Below, in pieces: positions 60,755 through 64,000 of a stretch of DNA of 64,000 nt (positions within the stretch are counted from its first letter, which is position 1; every line of letters begins with the position of its first letter). Under the pieces are notes generated by a model. That model saw nothing but the letters and a program-made list of their open reading frames with translations, searched no databases and was not told the DNA's origin. The DNA is taken from the NCBI RefSeq assembly GCF_003057965.1, contig NZ_CP020921.1, positions 1,290,916 through 1,354,915 of the forward strand, read 5' to 3'. The stretch comes from Thermodesulfobium acidiphilum. GTDB taxonomy: Bacteria; Thermodesulfobiota; Thermodesulfobiia; Thermodesulfobiales; Thermodesulfobiaceae. A program made the translations under genes and the position numbers.

Positions 60755-61811
60755 AAAGCTTTCTTTTTACTGGATAGAATGCGTTAAAAGCGGAAAAAAT
60801 AAAATATTTTTATCATTTTTATACCTTTTGAGTCGCATTTATAAAATGTTTGTTTTAAGGAGAAGAGAAAGAATCTTAGCGCTTCCAAAAAAGAAATTTG
60901 ATTTAAAGGTTATTGGAGTTGGAAATATAGTCCTTGGTGGCACAGGAAAAACACCCCTTGTAATCTGGCTTGCAAAGAAAAATTTAGAAAAAGGCCTACG
61001 AGTAGGAGTTGTTTTTAGAGGATATGCGGGAGAGGCAAGGGGAACATTAATAGTACAAGATGGAAAAAATATTTTATCAACTCCTTATATTGCAGGAGAT
61101 GAGGCATATCTCGTTTCAAAAAAGGTACCAAACGCAATAGTAATTGTAGACAGAGTCAAAGAGAGAGCTATCGAATTTCTTCAAAATGAACATGGTTGCG
61201 ATATTGTGATATTAGACGATGCATTTCAATATTGGAGCATACAAAAAGATTTAGATATCGTAACTATCGATGCGATCGATCCCTGGGGTGGTGGATATAT
61301 GTTCCCGAGGGGTTTCTTAAGAGAACCAAAGGAATCTTTATCAAGAGCTAACATAGTAGTAATATCAAGATTTGACCTTATTGACTACAAAGACCTGTTA
61401 AAATTAATACAAGACATAAAAAGTATTAATTTTAACGCAAAGATACTATTGATGAGATATGTTCCTAAAAAACTTGTAGATATGTCATTGTATAAAGAAT
61501 ATAATTTTAATGTTTTAAATAACAAAAGAGTTTTTGCATTCTGTGGTATTGGTAATCCTGATAGTTTTTTCCTTACATGTAAGAATTTAGGAATAAATAT
61601 AGTTGGTTCAACGTCTTTCCCCGATCACATAAGATATACAGAAAAAGATTTATTAAGATTATATAATAAGTCGAAAACCCTAAATGTTGATGTTTTCTTA
61701 ACAACAGAGAAAGATATAGTAAAATTAAACTTTTTAAAGGGTTCAAATCTTTTGTTATATGCATTATTAATCGAAGCAGAAATTTTTTCAGAAGGGGGCA
61801 AAAATGTATAA
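60741..61811 (+). CDS. lpxK: Tetraacyldisaccharide 4'-kinase
   Basis: VGNIVLGGTGKTP, GDE, LDDAFQ, PRGFLREP, FPDH, TTEKD. Confidence 0.95.
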   Translation: MFLYEKLSFYWIECVKSGKNKIFLSFLYLLSRIYKMFVLRRRERILALPKKKFDLKVIGVGNIVLGGTGKTPLVIWLAKKNLEKGLRVGVVFRGYAGEARGTLIVQDGKNILSTPYIAGDEAYLVSKKVPNAIVIVDRVKERAIEFLQNEHGCDIVILDDAFQYWSIQKDLDIVTIDAIDPWGGGYMFPRGFLREPKESLSRANIVVISRFDLIDYKDLLKLIQDIKSINFNAKILLMRYVPKKLVDMSLYKEYNFNVLNNKRVFAFCGIGNPDSFFLTCKNLGINIVGSTSFPDHIRYTEKDLLRLYNKSKTLNVDVFLTTEKDIVKLNFLKGSNLLLYALLIEAEIFSEGGKNV

Positions 61812-62541
61812 AATTTTAGGTGTAATTCCTTCTAGATTGAAATCTACCAGATTACCAGAAAAACCTTTAAGGAAAATTTTGAACAAGCCAATGATTCAAT
61901 GGGTATATGAAGGAGCATATAAAAGTAAACTATTATCAGATCTGATTATTGCTACAGATTCAGAAACCATAATAAGTATAGCAACTACTTTCGGTGCAAA
62001 GACACTTTTGACATCAAAATCGTGTAGAAGTGGGACAGACAGAGTAGCCGAAGTCGCAAGAATGCTAACAGATTATGAAATCATAGTAAATATTCAAGGC
62101 GATGAACCAATGGTAAACGAGGTAATAATTGATGCTCTTATAGAACCGTTCTCTGATAAAAAGGTAAATATGACTTCTCTTATGACCATTATTAAACCAG
62201 AAGAGGAGTCTGATCCTGCAGTAGTAAAGGTAGTATGCAAAAAAAATATGGATGCTTTATACTTTTCCAGGCATTCCATTCCATTTGATAGAGATGGCAT
62301 TGGAGTAACAAGATATAAACATTTAGGTTTCTACGCTTATAAAAGAGATTTTTTACTAATTATTTCCAATTTATCCCCCACTCCTCTAGAAAGGGCAGAA
62401 TCGCTAGAACAACTCAGAGTCCTCGAAAACGGCTTTTCAATCCGTATGAATCTTATCCCTTTCAGTACAAAAAGTGTAGATACAATAGAGGATTTAATAG
62501 AAGTTGAAAGGATATTGAAAGAAAAAATTGAGAAATTTTGA
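61804..62541 (+). CDS. kdsB: CMP-Kdo synthetase
   Basis: IPSRLKSTRLPEKPL, SGTDR, NIQGDEP, ESLEQLRVLENG. Confidence 0.96.
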   Translation: MYKILGVIPSRLKSTRLPEKPLRKILNKPMIQWVYEGAYKSKLLSDLIIATDSETIISIATTFGAKTLLTSKSCRSGTDRVAEVARMLTDYEIIVNIQGDEPMVNEVIIDALIEPFSDKKVNMTSLMTIIKPEEESDPAVVKVVCKKNMDALYFSRHSIPFDRDGIGVTRYKHLGFYAYKRDFLLIISNLSPTPLERAESLEQLRVLENGFSIRMNLIPFSTKSVDTIEDLIEVERILKEKIEKF

Positions 62542-63556
62542 TATAAAAAATATTAAGAAGATAGGTGTAATAGTAGGCAACCCTGGATTGGGTGATTTAT
62601 TATTTTCTTTCCCTCTTTTTTCTAATTTAAGAAGAAATTTTCCTGAAGCAGAAATATATTTTATTGGAAACCTTAGAGAATATACGATGTCTTTAGTATT
62701 AAGATCAAAAAATATTGACGACATAATTTATTATGAAGAGTACAAAATCCAGAAAATTCCAGGAGATTTACCTCATTTCTTCCTCAATTACAGAAAAGAA
62801 AAATTTGATTTGATATTCGATCTCCAGAGGCATTTTTTAATAACAACATTAACTAAATTTTCTGGAGTAAAAATATTTCAAAGCTTTTCAATGAAACAAA
62901 TTTTTTCAACCTACAAAGCTGATGATTCGCTAAGAAGAAAAGAACACAATGCTTTGCACCACTTGAGACTTTTAGAACCATTAGGAATAAATCCAGAACT
63001 AATTTGTGAATTAAACTTATTTGAAATTGACTTTAAAAAACCAAAAATATTTTTAAAAGAAAAAAATATTGACAAGTTCGTTGCTATAGTAGCTTCATCA
63101 GGATATAAATTGAAAAATTGGTCTCAAGAAAATTATGTTCAGATTATAAACTATCTATACAAAAATTTTGGTTACAAATCAATTTTAATTGGTTCTAAAG
63201 AAGATAAAAAAGTTTTGGAAGGAATTTCAAATTTTACAGAAAATGCAATTACAATGCCTGATGACTTCAAAATTGAAGAAACTGCTGCGCTCCTCAAGCT
63301 TTCCGCACTTACGGTGGGCAACGATTCTGGCCCCTTACATCTTGCATCTTTTCAAAACATCCCTGTAATAGGGCTTTATGGCTCAACAAATCCAAACCTT
63401 TGTGGTCCTCTAGGCAAAAATTCAGTAGTTTTACAAACTACTGTAAGTTGTGCACCCTGCTCCCTTTACTCTTGCCCTTACAATATGAAGTGCATTGATC
63501 TTATCAGTGTAGACGATGTAAGTATGTCAATTTCAAAAGTTTTAAAGCTAAAATAG
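62528..63556 (+). CDS. GT9 glycosyltransferase (LPS heptosyltransferase-like)
   Basis: LGD, KNW, GNDSGPLHLA, LYGSTNP, C-terminal CAPC..C..C. Confidence 0.9.
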   Translation: MRNFDIKNIKKIGVIVGNPGLGDLLFSFPLFSNLRRNFPEAEIYFIGNLREYTMSLVLRSKNIDDIIYYEEYKIQKIPGDLPHFFLNYRKEKFDLIFDLQRHFLITTLTKFSGVKIFQSFSMKQIFSTYKADDSLRRKEHNALHHLRLLEPLGINPELICELNLFEIDFKKPKIFLKEKNIDKFVAIVASSGYKLKNWSQENYVQIINYLYKNFGYKSILIGSKEDKKVLEGISNFTENAITMPDDFKIEETAALLKLSALTVGNDSGPLHLASFQNIPVIGLYGSTNPNLCGPLGKNSVVLQTTVSCAPCSLYSCPYNMKCIDLISVDDVSMSISKVLKLK

Positions 63557-63607
63557 TGTTAAGTGATATAATTTTCATTATGTTTTGATATTTTGAAAGG
63601 AGACGTC

Positions 63608-64000
63608 ATGGGCAAAAGGATTAAGTATGGCTTTATTTTGTTTTTGGTTTCAGTAATAGCGTTCTCGGCAGGCTTTACTCTGAAAAGCAATATGGCTTCA
63701 GGTAGTACCAATTGGGGAATGTTGCAGTATGTGTATAATCTTGTTGAAAATTATTATGTAGCACCTTCTACTCTAGATCCCACTAAACTGGTTGAGGGCG
63801 CAATTAGAGGTATGGTACAGGCGGTAGGCGATCCATACACAAGATATGTGGATCCAGAATCCTTTGCTCAGATGAAAGACCAGCTCGAAGGATCGTTTAG
63901 CGGCATAGGTATTGAAATGGGCGTTAAAGACAAAAGTATAGTAGTTATAGCCCCTATTGAAGGAACACCTGCATACAAAGCTGGCATAAAAGCAAACGAT
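63608..64000 (+). CDS. ctpA: S41 carboxy-terminal processing protease, 5' part (runs off the window)
   Basis: Not in ORF track. Manual translation MGKRIKYG..GAIRGMVQAVGDPYTRY..GSFSGIGI..VIAPIEGTPAYKAGIKAND (PDZ start); AAGGAG RBS. Confidence 0.9.
   Translation, partial: MGKRIKYGFILFLVSVIAFSAGFTLKSNMASGSTNWGMLQYVYNLVENYYVAPSTLDPTKLVEGAIRGMVQAVGDPYTRYVDPESFAQMKDQLEGSFSGIGIEMGVKDKSIVVIAPIEGTPAYKAGIKAND

Overview
AT-rich (roughly one-third GC by eye) core-chromosome segment from an anaerobic, LPS-producing sulfite/sulfate-reducing bacterium. The mix of a reductive dsrAB, DsrMK without DsrJOP, TRAP, a lipid A/Kdo operon and a short L27 without prp suggests a deep Terrabacteria lineage such as Thermodesulfobium (inference). 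Contents in order: hdrA-miniFd-hdrC-hdrB-mvhD-mvhG; valS-folC-split tauE-aroQ; rpsB-tsf-pyrH-frr-hisIE-mtrB; sixA, a rubredoxin pseudogene, lon and transporters; tRNA-Ser-rplU-rpmA-obg-proBA-nadD-uvrA-ydjM-accDA; dsrM-K-C-A-B-D plus ferredoxin, preceded by trxA-mnmA-ttcA; metE; a UvrD-like helicase; hisS-aspS; a CooC-like ATPase/metal-chelate ABC/methyltransferase operon with a structured leader; a Gln/Glu/Asp ABC transporter; msbA-waaA-lpxK-kdsB-GT9; and partial ctpA. No CRISPR array, rRNA or intact IS element was seen. Most notable: a free-standing duplicate of the HdrA C-terminal ferredoxin domain, Cys-to-Gly changes at cofactor-ligand positions in DsrA and DsrK, a strand-specific leader hairpin on the CooC/ABC operon, and a rubredoxin pseudogene absent from the ORF track.
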